24,000 bases of DNA from an uncultured bacterium (GCA_948469375.1 CAOKLO010000011.1:37283-61282), one strand, 5' to 3'. Numbered from the stretch's first letter, positions 1 through 8,948 are shown. Program-made: numbers and translations. The notes: generated by a model not told the origin, from the sequence alone.

Positions 1-2585
1 TGGTTGCCGCCGCGATGGAGAGCAAGCGCCTGGGACTGTGCCATAAGTCCATGTTCGTGGTGCCCAACCATCTGACCGAGCAGACCGCCTCCGAGTTTAT
101 GCGCCTCTATCCCTCCGCCAACATTCTCGTCACCACTGAGAAGGAGTTTGAAACCGCCCGCCGCAAGAAGTTCTGCGCCCGCATCGCCACCGGCGACTAT
201 GACGCAGTTATCATCGGACATTCCCAATTTGAGAAAATCCCCATCAGCAAAGAGCGGCAGGAGCGTCTGCTGCAAGAGCAGATTTGGGAGATCACTGAGG
301 GTATGCAAGAGGTGAAAGACAGCGGCGGGGAGCGGTTTACAGTGAAGCAGCTGGAGCGGACCAAGCGGCAGCTGGAGGCGCGGCTGGAGAAATTACAGGC
401 CAACCACCGCAAAGATGATGTTGTCACCTTTGAGCAGTTAGGTGTGGACAGAATGTTTGTGGACGAGTCGGATAATTACAAAAATTTATTCCTTTATACA
501 AAAATGCGCAACGTGGCGGGCCTCGCCACCACCGATGCGCAGAAGTCCTCCGATATGTTCGCAAAGTGCCGGTATCTGGACGAAATCACAAAAAATCGTG
601 GCGTTATCTTCGCTACAGGTACGCCAATCAGCAACTCCATGACAGAGATGTATACCGTCCAACGATACCTCCAATATGACCGTTTGCAGGAAATGGGCAT
701 GACCCACTTTGACAGCTGGGCCTCCCGCTTCGGGGAAACCACTACCGCTTTAGAGCTGGCCCCGGAGGGCACCGGCTACCGCGCCCGGACCCGCTTCGCC
801 AAGTTCTTCAACCTCCCGGAATTGATGAACATCTTCAAAGAGGTGGCGGACATCAAGACCGCTGACCAGCTGGACCTTCCCACGCCGGAGGTGGAGTACC
901 ACAATGTTGCCGCAAAGCCCACCGTGATCCAGCAGGCAATGGTGAAGGACCTGTCCGAACGCGCCAGCAGGGTCCACTCTGGAAGTGTGGATTCCAAAGA
1001 GGACAATATGCTTGTCATAACCAGTGACGGGCGAAAGCTGGGGCTGGACCAGCGCGTGATTGACCCCACCCTCCCGGACGAGCCGGGAACAAAGGTCAAC
1101 CTTTGCGTGGAAAACATTCTACGGTATTGGCGCGAGGGAGACAGTCAGAAATTGACACAGCTCGTTTTCTGCGATGTCAGCACGCCGAAGGCCGCTCCCT
1201 CCAAGAAGAGGGGCATGGGAGATAAGCTGGATAATCCCACGCTGCATATGCTGGAAAACGCGATTCCTCTGGAGCAGGAAAAGCCCTTTACCATCTATGA
1301 GGACATCCGGCAGAAACTCATCGCCGGAGGGATGGCACCGGATCAGGTGGCGTTCATCCACGATGCAAAAACCAATGTTCAGAAAAAGGAGCTTTTCGCA
1401 AAGGTGCGCTCCGGCCAGGTGCGCGTCCTGCTGGGCAGTACGCAAAAGCTTGGAGCTGGCACCAATGTCCAGGACAAATTGATCGCACTCCATGATCTGG
1501 ACTGCCCGTGGAGGCCCCGCGACCTGATTCAGCGCAAGGGCCGCATCGAGCGTCAGGGCAACGGCAACGAAAAAGTTCATGTGTTTCGTTACGTCACAGA
1601 AGGAACTTTTGACGCCTATTTGTGGCAGACAATCGAGAAAAAGCAGCAATTTATCTCACAAATCATGACAAGCAAGTCACCAGCCAGAACCTGCGAGGAT
1701 GTGGACGAATCCGCCCTTTCCTATGCGGAGATCAAGGCCCTGTGCGCCGGGGACCCGCGCATCAAGGAGCGCATGGAGCTGGACGTGGACGTTTCCAGGC
1801 TCAAGATCATGAAGTCCGCCCATCAGAGCAAGCAGTTTCAGATGGAGGACCAGCTGCTGAAATATTTCCCGGAGCAGATCGTCCAATATCAGGGCTTTAT
1901 CAAGGGGCTGGAGGCTGACATGAAAACTCTGGCGGAGCATCCTCACCCTATGGTGGTCAAGGAAAAGCCTGTTCTGGCTCAGGAGGCAAAGCCGGACACA
2001 GCAGATACTCCTGCTCCCGCCGCTGAGGTTACACAGGGCTTCGCCGGAATGGTGGTGCAGGGCATCACCTTCACTGACAAGCAGGAGGCCGGAAAGGCCG
2101 TCCTGTCCGCGCTGAAGGAGATCACCAGCGGTGAGCTGACAGAGATCGGCAGTTACAGAGGATTCACCTTATCAACGGAGGTCAGCGGTTTTCAACGTGA
2201 ACTGGTACTAAAAGGGGAAATGACCCACCGGACACCGGTAGGGACCGACCCTGTGGGCGCTCTGGTCCGCATGGACCACGCGCTTGATAAGATGCCGGAG
2301 CGTTTGAAGATGGTTCAGGCCCAGTTGCAAAATCTCTATGAGCAGAGGGAAGCAACCAAAGCCGAGGTGGGTAAGTCCTTCCCACGGGAGGACGAGCTGA
2401 AAGAGAAGTCCGCCCGCCTCGCTGCGCTGGATATGCAGCTCAACATCAGCGGCGGTCCGCGTCCGATGGAGGACATCGCCAAAAGCGAGCGTCACTCCGT
2501 GTTGGACAGCCTGAACCGGCCCAGACCGTCCAGAGAGCGGTCCGCTGACAAGGATAAGCCGAAACGTTCCCGGCAGGAGCGGTAA
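1..2585 (+). CDS. SNF2/DEAD-like helicase, C-terminal portion of a large ICE helicase (possibly helicase-methylase); 5' partial
   Basis: The frame is open from the window edge (VAAAM...), so ATG 15 is not the true start. Helicase motifs seen: DESDNYKN (motif II-like), LLGSTQKLGAGTNVQ, and QRKGRIERQGN (motif VI-like). Stop is TAA at 2583-2585. Confidence 0.85.
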   Translation, partial: VAAAMESKRLGLCHKSMFVVPNHLTEQTASEFMRLYPSANILVTTEKEFETARRKKFCARIATGDYDAVIIGHSQFEKIPISKERQERLLQEQIWEITEGMQEVKDSGGERFTVKQLERTKRQLEARLEKLQANHRKDDVVTFEQLGVDRMFVDESDNYKNLFLYTKMRNVAGLATTDAQKSSDMFAKCRYLDEITKNRGVIFATGTPISNSMTEMYTVQRYLQYDRLQEMGMTHFDSWASRFGETTTALELAPEGTGYRARTRFAKFFNLPELMNIFKEVADIKTADQLDLPTPEVEYHNVAAKPTVIQQAMVKDLSERASRVHSGSVDSKEDNMLVITSDGRKLGLDQRVIDPTLPDEPGTKVNLCVENILRYWREGDSQKLTQLVFCDVSTPKAAPSKKRGMGDKLDNPTLHMLENAIPLEQEKPFTIYEDIRQKLIAGGMAPDQVAFIHDAKTNVQKKELFAKVRSGQVRVLLGSTQKLGAGTNVQDKLIALHDLDCPWRPRDLIQRKGRIERQGNGNEKVHVFRYVTEGTFDAYLWQTIEKKQQFISQIMTSKSPARTCEDVDESALSYAEIKALCAGDPRIKERMELDVDVSRLKIMKSAHQSKQFQMEDQLLKYFPEQIVQYQGFIKGLEADMKTLAEHPHPMVVKEKPVLAQEAKPDTADTPAPAAEVTQGFAGMVVQGITFTDKQEAGKAVLSALKEITSGELTEIGSYRGFTLSTEVSGFQRELVLKGEMTHRTPVGTDPVGALVRMDHALDKMPERLKMVQAQLQNLYEQREATKAEVGKSFPREDELKEKSARLAALDMQLNISGGPRPMEDIAKSERHSVLDSLNRPRPSRERSADKDKPKRSRQER

Positions 2586-2587
2586 CG

Positions 2588-2613
2588 GTCAGGCGGGGTT
2601 ACTCCCGCCTGAC
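2588..2613. terminator. Bidirectional hairpin between convergent genes
   Basis: 10-bp stem GTCAGGCGGG / CCCGCCTGAC with loop GTTACT, followed by a T-rich run. It overlaps the last codons of the minus-strand ORF. Confidence 0.55.
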
Positions 2614-2834
2614 TTCTCTTTTCTCCGCTGTTTTTGCGCCGATTTCTTCTGACGCTTCGCGTCGATCTCATGCAGCCAGTCCTTGACCGGCGCTTTCCAC
2701 GGCTCACTTTTACTCGGAATATTTTTGATAAGGCTTCGGGGATTCAGCCCCAGCCGTTTGGCGAGGGCAATGTCTTCATTGTTCAGATGGCATTTCTGCT
2801 TTGCCTCCGCCCACTGCTGTTCACTGTATGCCAT
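2589..2834 (-). CDS. Small hypothetical protein (81 aa) with a basic C-terminal tail
   Basis: ORF track. GAGGGA lies 7 nt upstream of the ATG on the minus strand. No family recognised. Confidence 0.55.
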   Translation of the reverse strand: MAYSEQQWAEAKQKCHLNNEDIALAKRLGLNPRSLIKNIPSKSEPWKAPVKDWLHEIDAKRQKKSAQKQRRKEKSGGSNPA

Positions 2835-2907
2835 GCCGTTGTCCCTCGCTTCCGGTTTTTCCCATTATAGCACAGATTTTATCGAAATGGAATGGAGGAA
2901 TCTCAAC

Positions 2908-3825
2908 ATGAAGAAAAACCTGATTTACCAGCACTCCGGCCAATATGCCCAGGAGCATGACGAGCTGAAACAGTATTTCGCCTCTTTCAACGCTCTGCGA
3001 GACTGCAAGGAGGCCATTGAGCAGGCCATAGCCGATCACTACCACGACAACCGCCTGAACGATGGCGGGGCGAGGGAAGTGATCGCGCAGTTTGGCCTTG
3101 AGCGCACCATGTACGTCCTCGCTGCCACCGTCCAGGCCAAGGACAGCGATGGGCGCATTGACCAGGACAACAAGGCATGGGCGCGGGCGTTCCCGCTGGT
3201 GGTGGATGTAGATACCTTTGGGCGGGACCGGACAAAGGAACTGGAGCTTTACCGCGCCCACCCCGGTCTCATTGATCTGTTTGTGCATGAGGTCCGGGAT
3301 GAAGCGGCTATCTCCCGCCCCGTTTACCGGGGGACCTTCGATCAGGCAAAAGAGGCCGGGGAAGTACCGGAGTACAGAACCTCCCTTCGGGTCAATAAGC
3401 TCTGCCAGCGGGAGATCGAGCAGGCAGTCACCGAGGGCTGGGACGGGACGCACGTTGACCCGGATGCCGTCAAGGGAGTGCTGGAGCGGTTTGGCCCGGA
3501 ACGCCTTTCCTATGTGCTGGCAAACACCGTCCAGCAGAAGGAGTGGGAGGACCGCTTTTCCGGCGCTAACGTGTCGTGGGCCAAGACGGTCCCTATGCAC
3601 ATCTCCCCGGAGAAGCGCACTTCCTGCATCGTGAACAGCCACCCCGCCAAACTGGACGATTTTATCTCGACAGCGCGGCAGGAGATGGGGCGGATGGACA
3701 AGGAGCGTGGGCAGTCCGTTAAAGTCAAGCGCCCCTCCGTGCGGAAAAAACTGAGCGAGAAAGCGGACACATCCGCCACCCCCAAGCCGCCCGGAAAAAG
3801 CAAGGCCAAAGGGCAGGACCGCTGA
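2908..3825 (+). CDS. DUF3849-like ICE protein with an internal domain duplication
   Basis: SD GGAGGAA at 2894-2900 precedes ATG 2908 (MKKNLIYQHSG...). The track's start at 2683 is an unlikely extension. Two paralogous halves are visible: ...VIAQFGLERTMYVLAATVQ... and ...VLERFGPERLSYVLANTVQ.... The family name is from memory. Confidence 0.65.
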   Translation: MKKNLIYQHSGQYAQEHDELKQYFASFNALRDCKEAIEQAIADHYHDNRLNDGGAREVIAQFGLERTMYVLAATVQAKDSDGRIDQDNKAWARAFPLVVDVDTFGRDRTKELELYRAHPGLIDLFVHEVRDEAAISRPVYRGTFDQAKEAGEVPEYRTSLRVNKLCQREIEQAVTEGWDGTHVDPDAVKGVLERFGPERLSYVLANTVQQKEWEDRFSGANVSWAKTVPMHISPEKRTSCIVNSHPAKLDDFISTARQEMGRMDKERGQSVKVKRPSVRKKLSEKADTSATPKPPGKSKAKGQDR

Positions 3826-3827
3826 CC

Positions 3828-4166
3828 ATGGCGAAGCGAAAACGGGATGTGCCGCTCCTGTTCTGGGTGTCCCCGGAGGAAAAGGCTCTGATTCAGAAGA
3901 AAATGGAGCAGATCGGCACCACCAATCTCAGCGCCTACCTCCGCAAGATGGCCATTGACGGCTATGTGGTCAATCTGGAGCTGCCGGAACTGGGGGAGAT
4001 GGTCTCCCTGCTGCGCCGGTCCAGCAACAACCTCAACCAGCTCACCCGCCGCGTCCATGAGACGGGCCGGTTCTATGACGCTGATTTGGAGGACCTGCGC
4101 CAGAGCCAAGAAAAGCTCTGGGATGCCGCCAGCTCCATCGTGAAATCGCTGGCAAAGCTCCAGTAA
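3828..4166 (+). CDS. mobC: MobC-family relaxosome accessory protein
   Basis: The N-terminus is ribbon-helix-helix-like (LLFWVSPEEKALIQKKMEQIGTTNLSAYLRKMAIDGYV). The SNNLNQLTRRVHETG motif is typical of MobC. The ATG lies 2 nt after the upstream stop. Confidence 0.85.
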   Translation: MAKRKRDVPLLFWVSPEEKALIQKKMEQIGTTNLSAYLRKMAIDGYVVNLELPELGEMVSLLRRSSNNLNQLTRRVHETGRFYDADLEDLRQSQEKLWDAASSIVKSLAKLQ

Positions 4167-4191
4167 TCAACAACTTCAATACCGACTTCCA

Positions 4192-4217
4192 GGGGAGCGG
4201 CCATCGCTCTCCTTTTT
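4192..4217 (+). terminator. Rho-independent terminator after mobC
   Basis: Stem GGGGAGCG / CGCTCTCC (one G-U pair), loop GCCAT, then TTTTT. Confidence 0.6.
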
Positions 4218-4339
4218 CATTTCTCATTTCTGACAAGTTTGGAGGGAACTGCCATGCCTCCGCGCATCCGTGGCCCCCCTGGGGGAGCTACGCCCATTTC
4301 CAAACCCTATCAAACATCAAATTTTAAGGAGGAATTTCC

Positions 4340-7300
4340 ATGAAAACATTTCAGCTCAAAAAGAAGCTGTCCCTGCTGCTGGTCACGGCGCTGACCCTGG
4401 GCCAGCTCAGTGCCCCCGCGCTCGCCGCCGGGACTGCGGAAGCCGCCGTCAGCGAGGACGGCAAGATCACCACCATCACCACCGAGATCACCTGGACCAG
4501 CCCGGAGGGCGAGGACCCCGTGGTGGAGGGCGCGGTGGTCACGACCGAGACCACCGTTGTGGACGATGAGGGCCGCGTGGTCCAGGAGAGCGGCAGCGAG
4601 ACGGGCACTGAAACCACCGTCACCACGGACACGCAGACCGCCGCCCCCGTGGTGGAGGAAAAGGAGGCCGTAACCGAGACGGAGACCGGCGAAACGGTCA
4701 CTTCCGGGACCACCGGCGAGTTTGAAACGGTAGACAGCTCCACATCCTCCACCAGCGAGGCGGTTGACCGCGTTTTTCCTGGCGGGAGCGACATCACGGT
4801 TGACCTGACCCCCGGCAGTACCGCCACCGGGACAGCCGTGGTAGACCGGGAAGCTCTGGCGGGGCAGCTCGTCCGCCCCGATGCCGGAGACTGCGACATC
4901 ACGGACCCGGAGACCGGGGAGACCATCGGCCACAAAACTGTGACGGTGGAGGACGTTCTGGATGAGGACGGGGCCGTGATCGGCTATACGTCTACATCCA
5001 CCGTGGAGACCTCCGCCACCACCGCCCTCCCGGACAACATCTTCAGCGCCGAGCCTCCCGTGATGCCGGAACCCCAGGAGCCGGTCACGGACGCGGACGG
5101 CGTGACCACCAAAGTGGAGGTCCAGCCGGTCTATGATGATGCTGGCACCCTCACCGGCTACCAGACCATTGAGACGAAAATCAGCAGCACCGAGGCGGCA
5201 GCTTCCGAGATCGTCCTGCCCGACCGCCCCATTGAGGGCGAGACCACCGATGCGGAGACCGGAGAGGCCACCGCTGTCACGGTGACGGAGCTGTACGATG
5301 CCTCCGGCACCCTGACCGGCTATGAGGTCACGACAACCACCACTGACAGCGAGGGAAATGTCCGTACTGCGGTGGAGACCCTGCGCGGCACAAAGACCAC
5401 CAGCACCCTAACCGAAGTGACCGATGTGACGGTCACCACCGTGACCTTTACGGAGTTCACAGGCGGGGCCGTCACCACCACGACCAGGACCACCACCACC
5501 GAGACGAAGCGGATCGCCGCCAGCGACCGCACCGTTACCGCTGGAATGGGCAGTGTCACCGCCGGTAAAAATGACGGCATCCTTGAAACCAACGGCGTTC
5601 AGGCGGACGTGAAGGAGCCTGACGTGGGCAAAACGGACCAGAAAACCGATCTCTACCACCGTGCGGATAAGGACGGCGTGGAATTTGACCCGGACGGCTA
5701 TGGCTTCCAGTGGCTGGGCAAGTACGGCCTGGAGAGCGCCATCCGGGTGGATGCGGTCAAGACCAATGAGGACGGCACCGCTTCCTCCAGCGACCGCTGG
5801 CAGGCCCACCAGTATGTCCTGGTGGACAAGGACGGCAACGAGCACTACGTCTACTGCGCCGATTTCGCCGTCAGCCCCCAGGCGGGTTTCCGCTATGACA
5901 TGGAGAACGTGGAGGATGCCGGGTACTATGACAGCGAGGCGGCGGCGCATATCCGGGCTATCGCCCAGAAGGGCTACTGGGGAACCTCTGATGGGGCCGG
6001 GAGCCTGGACGCTGTGAAACAGATGATGGTGAACGCCTACAACAACGGCGAGATCGACTGGGGCAGCTATAACGGTATGGCTACCGCGTGGGGATTCAAC
6101 ACCTATCTCACAGACGGTATGGCCCTGGCGGCGACTCAGGCGGCAATCTGGACCTACGGAAACAGCGGCAGTCTGGCGATCGACCGGGAGGACCCCTTCA
6201 CCAGCTACTATCAGGCTACAACCGGAAAGAACTGGCGGGACCTGGACAGCCGGGAGTGGGCGCTGACAAAGGCACTCTACGACTACCTGATCGCTCAGAC
6301 GGAAGCGCCCACCAACAAAAACACCCTCATCAATGAGAACAATTTTGCTGCCAATGCCAGTCTGACTGTGGGCCAGCGTGATGAGGATGGCAAATATGAG
6401 GCCGACCTGACCTTCACCCTCGCCGTCATGCCCGACACGGAGAGTGACGATCTGCTGGTCCATGTCGTTGTGGGCGGCGAGATCGTGGAGACGCGGCGGC
6501 TGGCCGGAGACGATTCCGAGACCCAGTACGGCGTGATCCCCCGGAGCGAGGACGGTAGCTATACCCTCTCCGGGCTGAAGCTGGCGGACGGCGTGAATAT
6601 CGACCTTCAGCTCACCGGGACCCAGAACATCGGCGAGGGCGTGTACCTGTTCACATCCGAAGTCCGCACAGACCCGGTGGGCACTGATGAGAACGGGGAG
6701 CCGGTTTTTTCCTCCCAGACCTTTGTGGGCATCGAGAGCGGCAGGCAGTCTGTGGACCTGTCCGTCTCCCTCCATTTCACCGTCAATGAGGCCAGCGCCG
6801 AGATCGTCACGGACAACATCAGCGTGACCGAGCAGAAGGTGGATACCACTGAGACCAGCCGGACGGATACCTCCACGACCATCGAGGGCTGGACAGAAAC
6901 CGCCGTGACTGTCACCACGGTTCAGCAGAGTGACCGGGAGTGGGAGGTCACTTGGGAGAAGAATGATACTTATCCCGAGCCGGTTACGCCCGTTGAGCCG
7001 GAGGACCCCCAGCCGCCCGTGGACCCGGAACTGCCCGACACGCCGGATGTTCCCGATGTTTCGGAGAACCCCCTGGTTGTGGATATGCTGGGGCCGGAGG
7101 ACCCCGTGGAAACCCCCGATGAAGTGGAGATTCCCGATGTGGAAGTGCCCGCTGCGGACGTTCCCGATACGCCCGATGAGAACATCCCCGTTGAGGAAAT
7201 CCCGGATGATGACGTGCCCCTCTCCGATGTGCCGCAGACCGGCGACGCCTCCGGGATGTGGTGCGTCCTCCTGACGGCCTCCCTCGCTGGGCTGGGGATC

Positions 7301-7345
7301 ATGATCTGCCTGGAAATTCGGGACAGAAAGAGAACGAGTAACTGA
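4340..7345 (+). CDS. Cell-wall-anchored thioester-domain (TED/TQXA) adhesin
   Basis: SD AAGGAGG at 4326-4332. Signal peptide MKTFQLKKKLSLLLVTALTLGQLSAPALAAG. T/E-rich stalk. YVYCADF Cys506 (nt 5855-5857). AATQAAIW Gln600 (nt 6137-6139). Pro/Asp-rich spacer. VPQTG (nt 7229-7243), then a hydrophobic helix and an RDRKRTSN tail. Confidence 0.85.
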   Translation: MKTFQLKKKLSLLLVTALTLGQLSAPALAAGTAEAAVSEDGKITTITTEITWTSPEGEDPVVEGAVVTTETTVVDDEGRVVQESGSETGTETTVTTDTQTAAPVVEEKEAVTETETGETVTSGTTGEFETVDSSTSSTSEAVDRVFPGGSDITVDLTPGSTATGTAVVDREALAGQLVRPDAGDCDITDPETGETIGHKTVTVEDVLDEDGAVIGYTSTSTVETSATTALPDNIFSAEPPVMPEPQEPVTDADGVTTKVEVQPVYDDAGTLTGYQTIETKISSTEAAASEIVLPDRPIEGETTDAETGEATAVTVTELYDASGTLTGYEVTTTTTDSEGNVRTAVETLRGTKTTSTLTEVTDVTVTTVTFTEFTGGAVTTTTRTTTTETKRIAASDRTVTAGMGSVTAGKNDGILETNGVQADVKEPDVGKTDQKTDLYHRADKDGVEFDPDGYGFQWLGKYGLESAIRVDAVKTNEDGTASSSDRWQAHQYVLVDKDGNEHYVYCADFAVSPQAGFRYDMENVEDAGYYDSEAAAHIRAIAQKGYWGTSDGAGSLDAVKQMMVNAYNNGEIDWGSYNGMATAWGFNTYLTDGMALAATQAAIWTYGNSGSLAIDREDPFTSYYQATTGKNWRDLDSREWALTKALYDYLIAQTEAPTNKNTLINENNFAANASLTVGQRDEDGKYEADLTFTLAVMPDTESDDLLVHVVVGGEIVETRRLAGDDSETQYGVIPRSEDGSYTLSGLKLADGVNIDLQLTGTQNIGEGVYLFTSEVRTDPVGTDENGEPVFSSQTFVGIESGRQSVDLSVSLHFTVNEASAEIVTDNISVTEQKVDTTETSRTDTSTTIEGWTETAVTVTTVQQSDREWEVTWEKNDTYPEPVTPVEPEDPQPPVDPELPDTPDVPDVSENPLVVDMLGPEDPVETPDEVEIPDVEVPAADVPDTPDENIPVEEIPDDDVPLSDVPQTGDASGMWCVLLTASLAGLGIMICLEIRDRKRTSN

Positions 7346-7352
7346 CCGCACA

Positions 7353-7385
7353 GCCGGGGCCGGGTTATCTGGCCCCGGCGTTTTT
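7353..7385 (+). terminator. Terminator or attenuator between the adhesin and sortase genes
   Basis: 9-bp GC stem GCCGGGGCC / GGCCCCGGC followed by TTTTT. Confidence 0.65.
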
Positions 7386-7401
7386 GATAAGGAGACTGAC
7401 T

Positions 7402-8163
7402 ATGCGTATCAATCCCAGAAGATTTTTTGAGATTTTCTTCCTCGCGCTGCTGTGTGTCTGCCTGCTGATGCTCTGGTGGTACGGTACAGAGTGCTGGAGG
7501 GCGGGACAGCTTCACCAGGAGGCGGCGCTGCTAGCAGGCATCCCCGACCGTGCCTCCGATACATCAGAGGTGCTGTCTGACGGAACAAGCGCCGGGGCCG
7601 TCTCCGTTGGCCTGGACCTGTCCCCGCTGCGGGAGGTCAACGCCGACGTGGTGTGCTGGATCGAGATTCCCGGCGTTCTCTCCTATCCCGTCCTCCAGGG
7701 GGAGGACAATGCCTACTACCTCTCCCACGCCTGGGACGGCGAGGCGAACGCGGCGGGGGCCGTCTTCCTGGACTACCGGGCCAGCGCCGGTCTTACAGAT
7801 TTTCACACGCTCCTGTACGGTCACAGGATGCGAGACGGGTCCATGTTCGGCAGCTTGAAGCAGTACAGTGATGTCGGCTTCTGGCAGGAACATCCCAGCG
7901 TCTGCCTCTCCGATGAGGACGGCATCCGGCGGTATGATATTTTCGCCGCCTACGAAGTGGGGGTGGCGGAGATCGTCTACCGGCAGGACCTCTCCAGTGC
8001 GGAGGACCGGCTGGAGCTGATCCGGTTCGGCCTCGACAACTCCGTCATTGAGACGGGCATCGTGCCAACCGTCACGGACACGATCATCACCCTCTCCACC
8101 TGCACCGGCAGCGGACACAATGCCCGCTGGGTGGTCCAGGCGGTGCGGTGCCAGGAGGCATGA
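7402..8163 (+). CDS. srtB: Class B sortase
   Basis: SD AAGGAG at 7389-7394 precedes ATG 7402. N-terminal TM anchor. Catalytic-type motifs LLYGHRM (His), TLSTC (Cys) and a C-terminal ARWVVQAVR (Arg). Confidence 0.85.
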   Translation: MRINPRRFFEIFFLALLCVCLLMLWWYGTECWRAGQLHQEAALLAGIPDRASDTSEVLSDGTSAGAVSVGLDLSPLREVNADVVCWIEIPGVLSYPVLQGEDNAYYLSHAWDGEANAAGAVFLDYRASAGLTDFHTLLYGHRMRDGSMFGSLKQYSDVGFWQEHPSVCLSDEDGIRRYDIFAAYEVGVAEIVYRQDLSSAEDRLELIRFGLDNSVIETGIVPTVTDTIITLSTCTGSGHNARWVVQAVRCQEA

Positions 8164-8234
8164 CCGCCGCATCCTTGCAATTTTTCCGATGCTCCTGTAT
8201 GCTGATCTCAACAAATCGACAAGGAGTGATTGGA

Positions 8235-8522
8235 ATGAGGCTATTGCTGAAGGTCCTGGCTGCGCCGGTGATTGTGGCGCTGACGGTGTTCGTCTGGCTG
8301 TGCGTGGGAGTAGTCTACTGCGCCGGGATGGTGATGAGCGTGGCGGGGTGGATAGCGGCCCTCCTGGGCGTGGCGGTGATGCTGACCTACTCCGTCAAAA
8401 ACGGCATCGTCCTCCTGGTGATCGCGTTCCTGCTCAGCCCCATGGGACTGCCTGCGGCGGCGCTGTGGCTGCTGGGGAAGGTCCAGGATGTGCGGTACTT
8501 CATCCAGGATGCAGTATACTAA
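8235..8522 (+). CDS. Small multi-pass membrane protein (95 aa)
   Basis: AAGGAG at 8221-8226 precedes ATG 8235. Three hydrophobic segments are visible in the translation. It may belong to the small CD1845-like ICE membrane proteins (from memory, unverified). Confidence 0.55.
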   Translation: MRLLLKVLAAPVIVALTVFVWLCVGVVYCAGMVMSVAGWIAALLGVAVMLTYSVKNGIVLLVIAFLLSPMGLPAAALWLLGKVQDVRYFIQDAVY

Positions 8523-8560
8523 AAACAGGCTGGTGGGAGCATTTCTCACCAGCCTGCTTT
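8521..8560. terminator. Bidirectional terminator between convergent genes
   Basis: Stem CAGGCTGGTG / CACCAGCCTG, extendable by further pairs, with an A-run upstream and a T-run downstream. Confidence 0.65.
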
Positions 8561-8564
8561 CTGC

Positions 8565-8795
8565 CTATTCCTTTTGACTGGGCGGGATAAACTCCAGCAA
8601 ATCGCCTATCTCGCACTCAAGGACTGTGCATAACCGAGCCAACACATCAATGTCCAGCCGGGTCACAGAGTTGTTGCAGTAGTGGTTGATCTGTGTTCTC
8701 TGCATCTCCGCACGGTGGCTGAGTTTGTTCTTGCTCAGGCCGCTTTCCTCTATCAGTTTCGCAAGATTTATCTTGATCGTGCCATACTGCTCCAA
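8565..8795 (-). CDS. XRE/Cro-CI family HTH regulator (76 aa), apparent TTG start
   Basis: HTH segment LSKNKLSHRAEMQRTQINHYCNN. TTG start with AGGGGG about 7 nt upstream on the minus strand. Confidence 0.7.
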   Translation of the reverse strand: MEQYGTIKINLAKLIEESGLSKNKLSHRAEMQRTQINHYCNNSVTRLDIDVLARLCTVLECEIGDLLEFIPPSQKE

Positions 8796-8821
8796 AAAGA
8801 TACCCCCTGTCTAAATAGTAT

Positions 8822-8851
8822 TTGACAAAGTCAGTGTATCTTTGTTAGAAT
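8822..8851 (+). promoter_or_regulatory. Near-consensus sigma-A promoter on the plus strand with no plus-strand gene downstream
   Basis: TTGACA at 8822-8827, an 18-nt spacer, then TAGAAT at 8846-8851. Confidence 0.4.
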
Positions 8852-8916
8852 GGTTCTGGAAGTTCTAAGAAGTCTTGTCTGTTTAGTTGCACACCCCCGG
8901 TTATAGAATCATTCCC

Positions 8917-8948
8917 GAAAAAAGTTGGCGGGATCAGAAATTCCCACC
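8917..8948 (-). terminator. Terminator of the 8961..9206 gene
   Basis: On the minus strand: GGTGGGA / TCCCGCC stem (one wobble pair), 8-nt loop, then a T-run. Confidence 0.5.

Noticed and set aside
15-17. ATG 15 as the start of the helicase gene.
   Set aside because: The frame is open to the first base of the window, and the translation begins in the middle of a helicase domain. The gene is 5' partial.
2683-2907. The 75-codon N-terminal extension of the DUF3849-like ORF in the track.
   Set aside because: The extension overlaps the divergent minus-strand gene and its promoter region and has no SD. A good SD precedes ATG 2908, where family-like sequence starts.
4400-5600. The Thr/Glu-rich region of the adhesin gene as a DNA tandem repeat or CRISPR-like array.
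   Set aside because: The repetition is compositional at the protein level (T/E/V/G-rich). I could not find exact periodic nucleotide repeats or spacer-repeat structure.
5408-7351. Very long antisense ORFs opposite real genes: the 647-aa ORF here, plus 9721..11244 (507 aa), 2821..3642, 3510..4109, 4310..4933 and 1119..1649.
   Set aside because: They are shadow ORFs typical of about 60% GC coding DNA. Their translations are Arg/Gly/Pro/His-rich low-complexity sequence with no motifs or SD. The opposite strand in each case encodes a protein with clear family signatures.
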